From Macrostomum hystrix (taxonomy: Eukaryota > Animalia > Platyhelminthes), in assembly GCA_950097015.1 (NCBI GenBank), contig CATNEN010000038.1, positions 5,208,001-5,272,000 of the forward strand: a stretch of 64,000 nucleotides of DNA. Direction: 5' to 3'. The notes beneath the pieces were generated by a model, which was not told the DNA's origin, did no database searches, and saw nothing but the letters and a program-made list of their open reading frames with translations. How positions within the stretch are numbered: the first letter of the stretch is position 1; every line of letters begins with the position of its first letter. Positions 41,269 to 55,700 of this stretch are shown in pieces. The translations under genes and the position numbers were made by a program.

Positions 41269-41876
41269 TTCAGAGCTGCATACTCGATCGGATTTCAAAA
41301 TAATAGGTTCACATTAAAGGGAAACTGGATGGAACAGATGGAACAAAATGGAACAGAATTGTGCATTGCTGTCCACACAATCCACTCTGACTTTGGGACA
41401 TTATCAAATTTCTTAGACTGGCAGTTTTTCCTTGTCAAAAGTGAAATTGGCACAGCTGGAATCACTATAAGACGCATTATGCTCGGCAATTAATCAGAAA
41501 ATATTGCTTAGCAACCAGATGACTGGCCACTTATGCATGCATTTGAAGCGTTTAGTATTAATGGAGCAATATATTCAATAAAATCTATGCACTTAATCAT
41601 GATAAATAGGTGCTAAAAGGCTTAATCTGTGTCTACTAACTTCTTGCTTCCATGCTTATGAAAAGTCGGATTTTTATTGCTAAAGTAAATCACGTGGCTT
41701 CGCTGAAAATTGATTTCATTTTCTTAAAATTATCAAAAATTTTCGCTTGCTAATTGGGCGATTACACTTTTTGGTTGCACCTGAAATTTGATTTCTGGTT
41801 CACGGTAATGCTACGACAAAGCTTGCTTAGTATCTGATAAAAATGAATCGGTACTGATTTTATCATCGTACATACA

Positions 41877-42372
41877 GTGATAGAGTGACTGTGTGATAGA
41901 GTGACTGTGTGATAGAGTGACTGTGTGATAGAGTGACTGTGTGATAGAGTGACTGTGTGATAGAGTGACTGTGTGATAGAGTGACTGTGTGATAGAGTGA
42001 CTGTGTGATAGAGTGACTGTGTGATAGAGTGACTGTGTGATAGAGTGACTGTGTGATAGAGTGACTGTGTGATAGAGTGACTGTGTGATAGAGTGACTGT
42101 GTGATAGAGTGACTGTGTGATAGAGTGACTGTGTGATAGAGTGACTGTGTGATAGAGTGACTGTGTGATAGAGTGACTGTGTGATAGAGTGACTGTGTGA
42201 TAGAGTGACTGTGTGATAGAGTGACTGTGTGATAGAGTGACTGTGTGATAGAGTGACTGTGTGATAGAGTGACTGTGTGATAGAGTGACTGTGTGATAGA
42301 GTGACTGTGTGATAGAGTGACTGTGTGATAGAGTGACTGTGTGATAGAGTGACTGTGTGATAGAGTGACTGT
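41877..42372. repeat. Perfect 16-bp tandem repeat (GTGATAGAGTGACTGT)n
   Basis: Read directly. Confidence 0.98.
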
Positions 42373-42377
42373 TTAAA

Positions 42378-42572
42378 TTTACACAGGGTGTATTATCGTC
42401 CTGACTTTCTCATCGTCAGGCGGTGTACACATTTTCAGTGCCTTGGAGGTTGCTCGACAAGCCCCCAAGCCTTCTCTCCGCGGCTGCACCATTAAAATGA
42501 ATGTGGCCTCGCCGCGGAATTGAGCTCAGGGACAATGATGACGACAGAATTAATCGCTCTGCCACTGACCGC
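42378..42572 (-). mobile_element. SINE family A, 3'-truncated copy
   Basis: Matches the 5' half of the consensus. Confidence 0.8.
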
Positions 42573-43324
42573 CTTAAACTAGCACTGCATGTAAGCAACT
42601 GTTTACGCCTTCATACGATAAGAAGCTGCTCGGTTCCTTGCTCATTCAGCTATCATCAAGAATACCTGACTCCAAATGATTTTCTGTCAAATGCAGGCGC
42701 CATATTTGCTTTGCCTGTTCTACCGCCCCAAAGAACTCGCAGTTTGACAAGGAAAAAAATCCCAACCGAATGGAAGACCGGGCGGAATGACGGCGGGTCT
42801 CTAAGCCCATAATGACAGGGCTCAGGACTGCAGTTCCGCATGATCAGTTCGCTATCGCATTGTGGCATTCATTGTTGCGTAATTAATTCCCCCCTATCTA
42901 TGAATAGACTAGCTCCTCATTTTTTAAACGTGCTCAAATTCGCGTGTCTGTTCCCAAACCCCCCTGGGGTCGCTAAGTGTAAAATCCCATCGGTGATTGA
43001 ATTCCCAGAACAACTGGCGCGCCCATCCTTTAGGCGGAATCGGGACATTGCCCTGCGGTGCCCACCCTGTACTCAGCCCCTCCATCTGGTGGCCATCGAG
43101 ACGCACAATAATCTTTAGGGAGAAATCTAAGATGGGGATAGAATATCCAGAAGTCTGCTATCATTCAACCGAGCTATTATAGCTGACGCCTTCTGGTTCG
43201 CGTTGAAGATTTTCGATGATGACTCGTCCCAGTTCTTGTCAGTTTTGGACTTCACTTAGAAACTGGGCAACGTTTGCTAACTGCACGCATGTTGACAACA
43301 TGTGATGCGATCCCTTCTTACCAT

Positions 43325-44240
43325 AATCCTCTATTACCCCAAACGATCCTCTATTACCCCAAACGATCCTCTATTACCCCAAACGATCCTCTATTACCCC
43401 AAACGATCCTGTATCACCCCAAACGATCCTCTATTACACCAAACGATCCTCTATCACCCCAAACGATCCTCTATTACCCCAAACGATCCTCTATTACACC
43501 AAACGATTCTCTATTACCCCAAACGATCCTCTATTACCCCAAACGATCCTCTATCACCCCAAACGATCCTCTATTACACCAAACGATCCTCTATCACCCC
43601 AAACGATCCTCTATTACCCCAAACGATCCTCTATTACACCAAACGATCCTCTATCACCCCAAACGATCCTCTATTACCCCAAACGATCCTCTATTACACC
43701 AAACGATCCTCTATTACACCAAACGATCCTCTATTACACCAAACGATCCTCTATTACACCAAACGATCCTCTATTACCCCAAACGATCCTCTATTACCCC
43801 AAACGATCCTGTATCACCCCAAACGATCCTCTATTACACCAAACGATCCTCTATCACCCCAAACGATCCTCTATTACCCCAAACGATCCTCTATTACCCC
43901 AAACGATCCTGTATCACCCCAAACGATCCTCTATTACACCAAACGATCCTCTATCACCCCAAACGATCCTCTATTACCCCAAACGATCCTCTATTACACC
44001 AAACGATTCTCTATTACCCCAAACGATCCTCTATTACCCCAAACGATCCTCTATCACCCCAAACGATCCTCTATTACACCAAACGATCCTCTATCACCCC
44101 AAACGATCCTCTATTACCCCAAACGATCCTCTATTACACCAAACGATCCTCTATTACCTCAAACGATCCTCTATTACCCCAAACGATCCTCTATTATCCC
44201 AAACGATCCTCTATTATCCTAAACTATCCTCTATTCCTAG
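43325..44240. repeat. 20-bp minisatellite (AAACGATCCTCTATTACCCC)n
   Basis: Read directly. Confidence 0.97.
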
Positions 44241-44914
44241 AAACACGGTTTTGACTCTGAAAAGTCTTTAAATATGAGGCTTGAAAACCATGATCACGGT
44301 TTTGATCAGCAAGTGAATGAGTCGGGCAGCATTTGAGTCAGTATTCTGTTCTGCTATGTTAATTCGAAGCGCGCACGTGGCTTGCGAGTTCAGTTAGGTG
44401 TGTCATTATAGCTGAGGTTGCTTGACCCCCGATATATTGGCGGGTGCCAAGCGGAGGGCAGGTGGAATGGCAGGTGAGTGAAGCCTGGGCATGCTGAGGC
44501 CCACGTGCGGCCTGCCAGCCAAATGAAATTGAGTCAGTGAATTTCCAACAAACAGTCTGCTAGCGAAGGTGTTAAGCCAGATCGAGATCGCGGGTACGCG
44601 GGCAGGTCCCTGCTGAATGTTATTATCGACAAACTGTCAGCTTATCGTTCAGTCGCGTGTTTAGAAAAAAACTGCCTTGCTGCTTCTGCGCTAATCCCTC
44701 CAGCCAATGGGGTGCTAAGCCGGGCGATGATATTAAGTGTGGAGTGCCGCATGGCTGTAAGTTATCTAAATGAATCATTCAGCAAGGCGAAATAAATGTT
44801 TGTTTTGTATGGAGGGCTTTGTTTGCAACAAAAACCTCTATAGTATTAGGAGGGATTACTAGGCAGACGGTCTATTCAACTACAGAAAATTGGAGACAAA
44901 TTTTCAGATCAAGA

Positions 44915-46177
44915 GGGGATCTTATGGGATCATTTGGGATCATAGAGGATCATATGGGATCATAGGGGACCATATGGGATCATAGATGATCATATGGGAT
45001 CATAGAGGATCATATGGGATCAACGAGGATCATATGGGATCAAATGGGTTCATAGGGGATTATATGGATTTTTAGGGGATCATATGGATTTTTAGGGGAT
45101 CATATGGATTTTTAGGGGATCATATGGATTTTTAGGGGATCATATAGGATCATAGAGGATCATATGGGATCATAGGGGACCATATGGGATCATAGATGAT
45201 CATATGGGATCATAGAGGATCATATGGGATCAACGAGGATCATATGGGATCAAATGGGTTCATAGGGGATTATATGGATTTTAAGGGGATCATATAGATT
45301 TTTAGGGGATCATATGGATTTTTAGGGGATCATATAGGATCATAGAGGATCATATGGGATCATGGAGGATCATATGGGATCATAGAGGATCATATGGGAT
45401 CATAGAGGATCATATGGGATCAACGAGGATCATATGGGATCAAATGGGTTCATAGGGGATTATATGGATTTTAAGGGGATCATATAGATTTTTAGGGGAT
45501 CATATGGATTTTTAGGGGATCATATAGGATCATAGAGGATCATATGGGATCATGGAGGATCATATGGGATCATAGAGGATCATATGGGATCATAGAGGAT
45601 CATATGGGATCATAGAGGATCATATGGGATCATAGAGGATCATATGGGATCATAGAGGATCATATGGGATCATAGAGGATCATATGGGATCATAGAGGAT
45701 CATATGGGATCATAGAGAATCATATGAGATCATATGGGATCATAGAGGATCATATGAGATCATATGGGATCATAGAGGATCATATGGGAGCATATGGGAT
45801 CATAGAGGATCATAAGGGATCATAGAGGATCATAAGGGATCATATAGGATCATATGGTATCATAGAGGAACATAAGGGATTATAGAGGATCATATGAGAT
45901 CAAATAGGTTCATAGATGATCATATGGGATCATAGAGGATCATATGGGATCATGGAGGATCATACGGGATCATAAGAGGATCATATGGGATCAAATGGGT
46001 TCATAGGAGATCATATGGATTTTTAGGGGATCATGAAGAATCATATGGGATCATAGAGGATCATATGGGATCATAGGGGATCATATGGGATCATAGAGGA
46101 TCATATGGGAGCAAATTGGTTCATAGGGGTAATATGGATTTTTAGGGGATCATAGAGTATCATATGGGATTATAGGG
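44915..46177. repeat. 10/20-bp minisatellite (CATATGGGATCATAGAGGAT)n
   Basis: Read directly; higher-order blocks present. Confidence 0.96.
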
Positions 46178-46767
46178 AACAATTTATGATGGTAGGGGCT
46201 AATTTAGTAAAATAAATTGCGAACTGGTGGTAACTTGTGGCAATATTCAGAGGCAGATATGTTTGTAGTTATTGTTGACATTTATGAACTTCGGAGCCCC
46301 AGGACCTGTTTTCAGGTCTGTCTGCAATGCTAAGGTGGATCTCGTTGGAGCTACGTTTTTCGATTTCTCCGAAAAAAATCTTCACGAACTCACTGAATTT
46401 CGGAGTCAAGCCGAAGTAGACATTGCGAGAAGCAGTGTTTCATTCTCAGCAGTTTCTGATATCAGCAACAGCTTTATCAGCTGGTGCCAGGGTTTGAGCC
46501 TGGTAGCAATGAGCTGCTTGAGTTCGGTGGTCCTTATCTGTTTGAGTCGGTGGGACTCAACATGAGACAGCTATTTAAGCAATTTTTTAACTTTCACTTG
46601 TTCTCTCAAACGTTATAAAGCCTTTGGAAACAGCCAAAGATTTATTGAAAAAAGCAGACAGCAATTATCTGCTTCGACTGTAGATTTTTAAACTCCCAAA
46701 ATAGGTAATCTTTATTCGTATAACCGTTTGTATCCACCGACCAAAAAGTAGGACAAAATATTCAACA

Positions 46768-49700
46768 ATGGGAAGGACCAACTTCCCTCTAAATATGACT
46801 GTTGCAACTAAGGGCAGGCTGCTGCTGCTGCCGTTGCTGCTGCTGCTGCTGCTGCCGAATCATAGTCAATGTGGTGAAGCAGACATCGGGGTTGGTAAGT
46901 TATTTATGTGAATAAGTTATTTACCCTATTGTTTACCGTTAAAACTGTCTAACGTTAAAAGGCATCAAAATTGCTTAACACCCTTCCTAACACTGAACAC
47001 CCTGTTTAACAGTGAACATCTTGTTTAACACTGAAAATCATGTTTAACACTGAACACTCTGTCTAACACTGAACATCATGTTTAACACTGAACATCCTGT
47101 TTAACAGTGAACACTCTGTCTAACACTGAACATCATGTTTAACAGTGAACACTCTGTCTAACACTGAACATCTTGTTTAACACTGAACACTCTGTCTAAC
47201 ACTGAACATCTTGTTTAACACTGAACACCCTGTCTAACACTGAACATCTTGTTTAACACTGAACATCATGTTTAACACTGAACACTCTGTCTAACACTGA
47301 ACATCATGTTTAACACTGAACACCCTGTCTAACACTGAACATCTTGTTTAACACTGAACACCCTGTCTAACACTAAACATCTTGTTTAACACTGAACACC
47401 GTGTCTAAAACACTGAACTCCCCGTTGAACGTCGCAGGCTCCCAGCAGTGCAGCTCCGGTCTCATCTGTTCGTTCATCAACGACGCCAGCAACGCCGACC
47501 AATGGCAGCTTGCCAGCTCTCGGGCATGGCTGCAATCCAGTGAGTCCAGTAAAAATTAGCTAACTGTTTGTTATTTTTTTATTGTCAATAGCACTAAAAA
47601 TTACTATTTTAATATCTACGCAGCCTCCGTGGCCCAGCTGATTACGCAATCAGTCGAGGAGAGCCGACTCGTCAGTCGCGACCCGATCCGTCTTGCTGAT
47701 CATTCCTGCCTGACCTTCCGCTACTGGATTCGGGCTGGCCGATTGAGCGTTGCCCTCAGTGACTCTTCCACAGACAGGCGTCAGCAGCTCTGGCAGCTGC
47801 AAGACGACGAAGACGCTGCCTCAGGTAGCAGCGACTGGCAGGTTGGACAGCTGACTGTTGGACCTACAGGACATGACAGATCGCCGGCCAAGGTGAGAAC
47901 ACTACCTTCAGTGTCCTTCTGTCCTTTGTGTCTGTCCTCAGTGTCTGTTCATCCTCAGTGTCTGCCCTCAGAGTCTGTCTGTCCTCAGAGTCTCCATCTA
48001 CAGTGTCTGCCTTAGTACTAAGTGTCCTTAGTGTCTGTCTGTCCTTAGTGTCTGTCTGTCCTTAGTGTCTGTCTGTCCTTAGTGTCTGTCTGTCCTTAGT
48101 GTCTGTCTGTCCTTAGTGTCTGTCTGTCCTTAGTGTCTGTCTGTCCTTAGTGTCTGTCTGTCCTTAGTGTCTGTCTGTCCTTAGTGTTTGTCCTCAGTGT
48201 CTGTCTGTCCTCAGTGTCTGTCTGTCCTCAGTGTCTGTCCTCAGTGTCTGTCTGTCCTCAGTGTCTGTCTGTTCTCAGTGTCTGTCTGTCCTCAGTGTCT
48301 GTCCTCAGTGTCTGTCCTCATTGTCTGTCCTCAGTGTCTGTCCTCAGTGTCTGTCCTCAGTGTCTGTCCTCAGTGTCTGTCCTCAGTGTCTGTCCTCAGT
48401 GTCTGTCCTCAGTGTCTGTCCTCAGTGTCTGTCCTCAGTGTCTGTCCTCAGTGTCTGTCCTCAGTGTCTGTCCTCAGTGTCTGTCCTCAGTGTCTGTCCT
48501 CAGTGTCTGTCCTCAGTGTCTGTCCTCAGTGTCTGTCCTCAGTGTCTGTCCTCAGTGTCTGTCTTCAGTGTCTGTCCTCAGTGTCTGTCCTCAGTGTCTG
48601 TACTCAGTGTCTGTCCTCAGTGTCTGTCCTCAGTGTCTGTCCTCAGTGTCTGTCCTCAGTGTCTGTCCTCAGAGCTGTAGCTAGAAAATGGTATCAAGGA
48701 ACAGTAGACTCGGTACGTTAGAAATTTTCAAGGATAACACAGTTTTTTATAGTTTATTACCTTATCTAATCAGACGAAAGAAATGTTATAATGCTATTCA
48801 GCTTTTTTATCGTGGATTAAAATTGCGTGTAGTCAGATATTTTAAAGGGACAAAATGCTATGTTGCTACTGGCTCAAGACTCATTAGTTATATCATGTGG
48901 ATATAGTAACAACTATCAGCAGAATTTTTATTCATTATCCTCCACAGTTTACTATTTCTGGCCGCGCTTTAAAATCCGGTCTGAGGTCAGTGGTTCGAGT
49001 CGCTGATCTGCTGCTCGTCAGTGGTCATTGCGTCACCCTTCCGCCAGCGGCTGCCCTCGCAGTCGATGTCTCTGCGGTCGCCGCTGACACCGCCCCTGTC
49101 GGTGAAATTCCGGGCTTCGACTGCGATTTCAACACTGAAACCTGTGGCTGGACGAACGACACCACGGCCGACTTCGTCTGGGCGCGGGGCCGCCTGGCCT
49201 CCGGCATCACGATCATCAGCGCGGACAGCACTGGGAACAAAGGTGCGCTTGAACTCAGTCCATTATAAATACCACACGAATAAGGCAAAGCTTTTAGTTA
49301 TGAAATTCCATCATGAATTTGTGTGTCCAGGCCTGAAGCCTATCCTTGGTTCGAATCCCAGCGGCAATTCCACATTTATTTGGGGTGCAGTCGTGAAGAG
49401 AAGACTTGGGGGTTTGTCGTGCAATTTACGCCTTTGAGGGCCAACCTCCAAGACACTGTGAAAGTGTACTCTGCCTGTGCTGGGCTAAAACATGCAAAGA
49501 TTATTACCAGAGCTGATAAGCTAACGAGACGATGTTTTGCTGATTATTTCAAATAGTCTCTGATTTCGCTGACTTACTGCAGACGGTCAGTACATGTACC
49601 CGATACCGTCGACTGCCGGCCGAGGCAAAAAGTGCCGCCTGCTGAGTCCGACCTTTGATGGCACCCAGACTTACTGCCTGAGCTTCCAGTACTACATCAA

Positions 49701-52700
49701 CCAGAACTATTATGCCGCACTGAATGTCTACTGGGCCAGAGGGGACCAGTTGGGCGAGGCTATCTTCAGTCGCTCGGAGTCGCTGGATACGCGCTGGTTC
49801 GAGGCCCGACTGTCGCTGTTTGGCGACTCCAGCCGCACAGCGAACGAGCGGATCGTTTTTGAATTGGTCACTGGCTTTCTGCAGTTGGTCACAGTGGCCT
49901 TCGAGCGAACTGCGCTGACCAGAGGCTCCTGCGACGGTGAGTTTGCAAAGAGTAACAAAGTAGAAGGTCGCAGCATTTCTGATACATTGAACACTGTTCT
50001 CATGATTCGCCTAGTCCATATGTATGATATTTTCCTATCCCTATGTATGTGACGGTGTTTATGTTATGTTAAAATCCGATTGCTTATTTATTGCACGTTT
50101 AATGGGCTTCTTCTGAGAATGGAATCTGTTGTCTATGGTTCAAACAGTCTGCATTCCGAGCCCATTAAGAAGTAATTTAACTGTTACGTCGTAGAATAAC
50201 CAAGGGGGGAATTCCCCCCCCCGGCAATTTTTGTGCTGCGCCCGAACGGAGCAAGGCAAGAACACGAAACTCAGGAACACAGGCCAACTTTTTGTTGGTT
50301 TTCTGACTTAAAGCAAGAATCAAGTCGCCAGCTCTTCAGACCGTAAAGGTGTTCAATGGCCGAAGGTCGGATTTTTCCCATAAGAGCTAGTGTATTTTTA
50401 CACCCGAATTTCTGCAATTTCACTGATCAAGCCTAAATATTAGGCGCAGCTAGTCCTACTGTTAATGGTCCTCCGGGAAATCTGATTTTTTATAACATCA
50501 ACGCCGATTAATCCATCATAGTCTATGGTTATAAGGCCCGATGATGCATTTAATGGTCCTGAGGCGAGCGAAGCGAGGGTCTACGATGGTAAAACAGGGT
50601 TCGGGGAATGCCGTAAGGATCATTTTGAGACCATTTTACTATCCGACACAACTAGGGATTTTAGAAATCACACTCGCAGTTGGCAGTAGATTCCAAGAAA
50701 TTATTTGGATCCAATTTTTATTTAACCTATAATGTGAAGCGAGCGAAATATTGACACCCCAAAACGAAATTCCAAATGCTAAACAGTCCCGACCCCAGCT
50801 CCTGGCCAGCCTAACATCAACTGTGACTTCGAGTTGGGCACCTGCAGCTACTGGATTGAGCAGAGTACGTCTGGCTGGACCCGGAGATCCGGGCAGCTCG
50901 CCAATCCGGACACGGGGCCAAAGACCGACCACACGATTGGAAGCCACTGGGGCCACTTCATGCTGTTCAACGGCACACTTATGTCGCGCCTGTTTACCCC
51001 GAGATTCAATGCCACTGGCAGCGGGCACTGTCTGACCTTCTGGTTCCACGCGTACGGCCGCGATATCGGGTCGCTGCGAGTGCTGACCTACCAGAATGCC
51101 AGCGTGCCCAGCAGGCCGCCTGTGTCCGTGAACATCTGGGAGCTGAGCGGCCAGCGGGGTGACATGTGGCTGGAGGGTCGTGCCGATGTCACATCGCAGG
51201 GTGAAACCTATGTGAGTGTTGCTGTATCGGACAGTGTCTGGCTACCCGTTTGTCTTTGATGAATGTGTTACGTGGTTTCAACTGCATTGACAGCGTGGTA
51301 TCTTAAATGCGGGATCAGGTTAAGTGAAGTCAAGGATTTCTGCGATTTGATTTTTAGTACTTTCTGGTAGCTAGTTTTTGATACTTTTTACATTGTTTTC
51401 TCGTAATTTCTGGTTATTATAGGGGTGAGTGGCAGAGCGGTTAACACGTTTGCCTCTCGCGCCAAGGTCCCTGAGCTCGATTCCGCGGCGAAGCCACATC
51501 CATTTGGGGCTCAGCTGCTGAGAAAAGGCTTGGGGGCTTGTCGTGCAATTTACGCCCTTGATGGCCAACCTCCAAGGCACAGTGAAGTATACACTGCCTG
51601 ACGATGAGAAATTCTGAGTACAAACCTGTGTGTAATTGTGCCTGTGTACGGTATCTGTGTGCGTGCGTGCTCAGGAGTCAGCGAAATGGGCAGAATGGCC
51701 TCCTCTATGGCTGCGGATCTAGTGTCATCAATCGATGTGCCATTGTCTAAAATTCCGCTTCGTGACAATGGCTTTCAAGAAATGAACAGCAATTTCATAG
51801 ATGGCCATTGCCTCAAGCCCTGGCTTCCAATGAACTCTAAATTGCTCTGAGCCCTCCTGCAATTGCTATTATTATGCTTGTATGACTAATAATGCTTGTA
51901 GGAGGGCTGATAGGCACTTTCAGATAATCTCCGAGTCATTATTACAAACATGAGAAACTAGCAATAAAGCCTGGAGTTAATGCATACGTTTTAAATAAGT
52001 ATTTAGTTACGTTGTCACTGTAGGTACACTCATTCATCGCATTGTTGACTTGTTGGAGCACATTATCAGTAGTTTAATGAATTTCTTCTCTTGCTTCAAC
52101 AAGATAATCTTTGAGGCCGAAGCTGGTCGGGGACACCTAAACAACATTGCCATTGACGACGTGACACTGCAAAACAACGCTTGTTATTTTCCTGGTGAGT
52201 CAGGGTGTTCGCGCCAACGATAAAAAAAAGTTGTTGCCTTAGCTACATGCACTGCGAGATTTAAGAACAGACTGAACTGAACAGACTGAACAAATCAGTG
52301 CTACAAAAAGCTGAAATCTTTTCGAAATCTTTTGGAATAGAAGCCGGGTGTACAGCCAGTGACTTCCGAAAGCTGTGTACAGTCGACTCGGTAGGAAGCT
52401 ACAGCTACACAAATTTCTACCGCCAATTATGCGGGATGAAATTTTAACAACTGCGTGAACTGAAGCTCTAGGAAATCGAACTCCCAACCTTTCGGTCAGA
52501 ATGTCACTTGAACACTTGAACTTTCCTTCACAGGTGACTGCGATTTCGAGCAGAGCAGTTGCGAATGGCGCTCTCCTTCTAGGCTGCGTCTGAGCTGGGT
52601 GCGTAGCACCGGTGCCTCCGACTTCGACACGGGACCTCTGGTGGACCGAACCACCGGCACGGCTTGGGGTTGCTACATGCGACTGAGCAGTCGAAATCTC

Positions 52701-55700
52701 GCAGCGCCCGGTGACGATGGCGTGTTGCAGTCTCCGATGATGCACCAGACCAGTGCCGCCTGCATGACCTTCTGGTACACCATGTATGGAAGAGGCGTCG
52801 GCAACCTGCAGGTGTCTCTGACTGTTGTAGCCAGCGGCGGCAAGCAGAGCACCACTTTAATTTGGCAACTGACTGGTGGCAGAGAGAGGCAGTGGCTCTA
52901 CGGACAGATCCCGATCCCCGAGGATAGCACATTTCAGGTGGAGTTCCGCGGTGTCATTGGCCAGTCGCTATACGGAGATTTGGCCATAGACGATGTATTT
53001 TTCAAGCGGGGCTGGTGTAGCGTACAGCCAGTAGATGCGGACCGCATGCCACCAACAGAGCTGCCTAGCACCACGCAACCATCCACCACCAAGAGTATGT
53101 CAAGCTTGAGCCTTCGTTACCACGCTTATTGTGAAGTAAACAGGTGTACTTTAGTTCTAAATACCCATATTCGTTAAAACTCATTATTAGTACCCAACGT
53201 CAACGACTGCAACTTTGAAAATGGCTTCTGCTCGTGGACGCAAGCCGTCGATGACGGCTTTGATTGGACGCGGTACAGAGGACCCACTAGCACACCGGGT
53301 ACCGGGCCAGTTGTTGATCATACCACAGGGACTGGTAAGTAGCTCGTATATCAAAAACCAACAGCTCTAAGCTTTGTAAATGAAATTTACTGCAATCTAA
53401 TCTTCAGCGGATGGGTGGTACCTGTACATCGAGTCTAGCTATCCAACAATGCCATACGAGAAGGCGCGCTTGTTAAGCACAACAGTCCAGCAGACACAGG
53501 GCACTCAACAATGTCTTGAGTGGTGGTACCATATGTACGGCTCAACAACTGGCACTCTAAAGGTGGGGAAAAACGTGGACTCGCAAACCAGCGCCATCAA
53601 CGCGACGCTGTGGAGCCGAACTGGCGACCAAGGCGACACCTGGCGCCTTGGCCGGGCGATGGTGGAAGGAGTCGGTACTTATCGGCTGGTTTTTGAAGCC
53701 GGCCTTGGCGCTCGGAGCCACTTCAGCGATATTGCGATCGATGATGTAGCTGTTTATAATGGCAACTGCCCATGTAAGCCTATGCTATGAGTATTAAACT
53801 GCGGATATCCCAATACTTGCACTTGTTATATCGTTCTAGCTGTAGCTGTGTGATGAGTGGCAGAGCGGCTAACAACTTTGCCTCTCGCACCAAAGGTCCC
53901 TGAGCTCGATTCCGCAATAAGGCCACATAGTTAAGTACAAACAGTAGGCTTAGGCGCTAGCACATAATTTTCACGTTTGAGGGCTAAGTTTTACGGTACA
54001 ATGCGATTGAGATAGACAAAGAAAATTCCAGGGAGATGTACACACCCTGTTTGAATCTATGCATGCGTACAGCATCTGTTGCGTGTGTTCGGGACAGAAT
54101 TGACTCGCCGCTGGCTGCGGGTCTACTGTCAGATAACGATTTGCACACATGCCCTGCTGAAACTATTCTAATTATTATAACACTCTCACCTTTCCCTCAA
54201 CTGATAAGGATGTTTTTAAGATATGCTAAAAATCCCATTTGTATTGAAAAAAAAATTCTCGACGCTTCACCCTCGACGCTTCAGTCACTCCGGACTTCTG
54301 CACATTTGAGGCCGATGAGAGCATGTGCGGCTACTACTCAAACCCTATTAGCGGCAACTTCGCTTGGAGAAGGCAGCGCGGCCCGACACCAACCAAGAAC
54401 ACAGGACCGAGTGTGGATCGAACCACTCAGACAGCCAACGGCCACTACGCACTGGCGTCTGCCGCCGGGATCGCCTCGGGGCTGAAGGCTAAACTCACCT
54501 CGCCCCTGCACCATCCATTGAAAGGTGTCGGCTGCGTCAGATTCTTTTACCACATGTATGGCGTGCAGATGGGTGCGCTGCGAATTCGAACTCGGGTGGA
54601 GCAAAATGGAGAGTCCGATCCGTTCTTTGAAGTTTCCGGAGACCAAGGCGATGCTTGGATTATGGGGAGTGCGAGTCTGGAAGGCCTGAGCGCTGGTTCC
54701 TGGGTGCTTATTTTTGAGGCAGAGGTAGGGAGCGGAATCTTAAGTGACATTGGCCTTGACGACATTGTGGTGACTGAGAAACCATGCCCGGAGCTATTGG
54801 CGTGCGACTTTGAGGAGGACCTCTGCCAATGGAGCCACAGTGACACTGAAGACTTTCGATGGACGAGGCAGGCCGGACATTCAGGCTTGACCGCACCTGG
54901 CCCCGATGTCGATCACAGCACTGGAACAGTGTTCGGCCACTACATCCTGGCGCCCATCGGCTCCCCACTGGACAGGGGCAACCGAGGATGGCTTGTCTCA
55001 CACTTCTTTAGTCTGGTACCTGGTGAGGCCATGTGCGTGAGCTTCTGGTACTTCATGTCAGGTGACGAAATCGGTCGGATTAGCCTTTTCCAGCGTAAGG
55101 TTGATAATCGAGCTAGCACGGAGCTGCTGTGGTCATTAGTCAACGACCAAGCCGCCGAATGGCGACCTGCGAGCTTGACAGTCAAAGCGACGGATTCAGT
55201 TGTCACGAAGTATGAGATCGTCCTGGAAGCTATTTTAGGAGCGGCAAGTAAAGGTGACTTGGCCATAGATGACTTTTCCAGTCGAGATGGCGCCTGCGCC
55301 GTGGTTCCAACAGAGGCCAATCCCCAATTCATCACAACTGGAACTACAGCCACACCTTTGCCCACAACAACGTTTCTTTGGCAGGAGCAAGACCCAGATA
55401 TAGACTGCAACTTTGACTCAAACTGGTGCAGATGGCAAAGTGTTCCGAATCTGTACTTTACTTGGCAGCGCCTTCGTGGAGCATCTAGCGAACTGCCCAC
55501 AGGACCAACAGCGGATCACACCAGCGGATCCGGATTCTACGCTCTGGCCGACTCCAGCTCTACAAGCGCAGGAGAAAAGGGTCGCCTTAAATCAGCTTAC
55601 ATAACCCCGGTGTCATATGACCGCTGCTTTCAATGGTACTACTACATGTACGGACAGGGCATCGGCGCGCTTAATCTATATCAGCAGCCGTACACTTCAA

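Noticed and set aside
40330-43300. GC-richer unique segments (40330-40860, 42760-43200) as possible genes or TE coding fragments
   Set aside because: Only short ORFs, with no recognisable motifs or consistent splice pattern.
50190-50760. Possible DNA-transposon remnant with GCGAGCGAAGCGAG motifs in a MAM intron
   Set aside because: No TIR or TSD could be delimited from a single copy.
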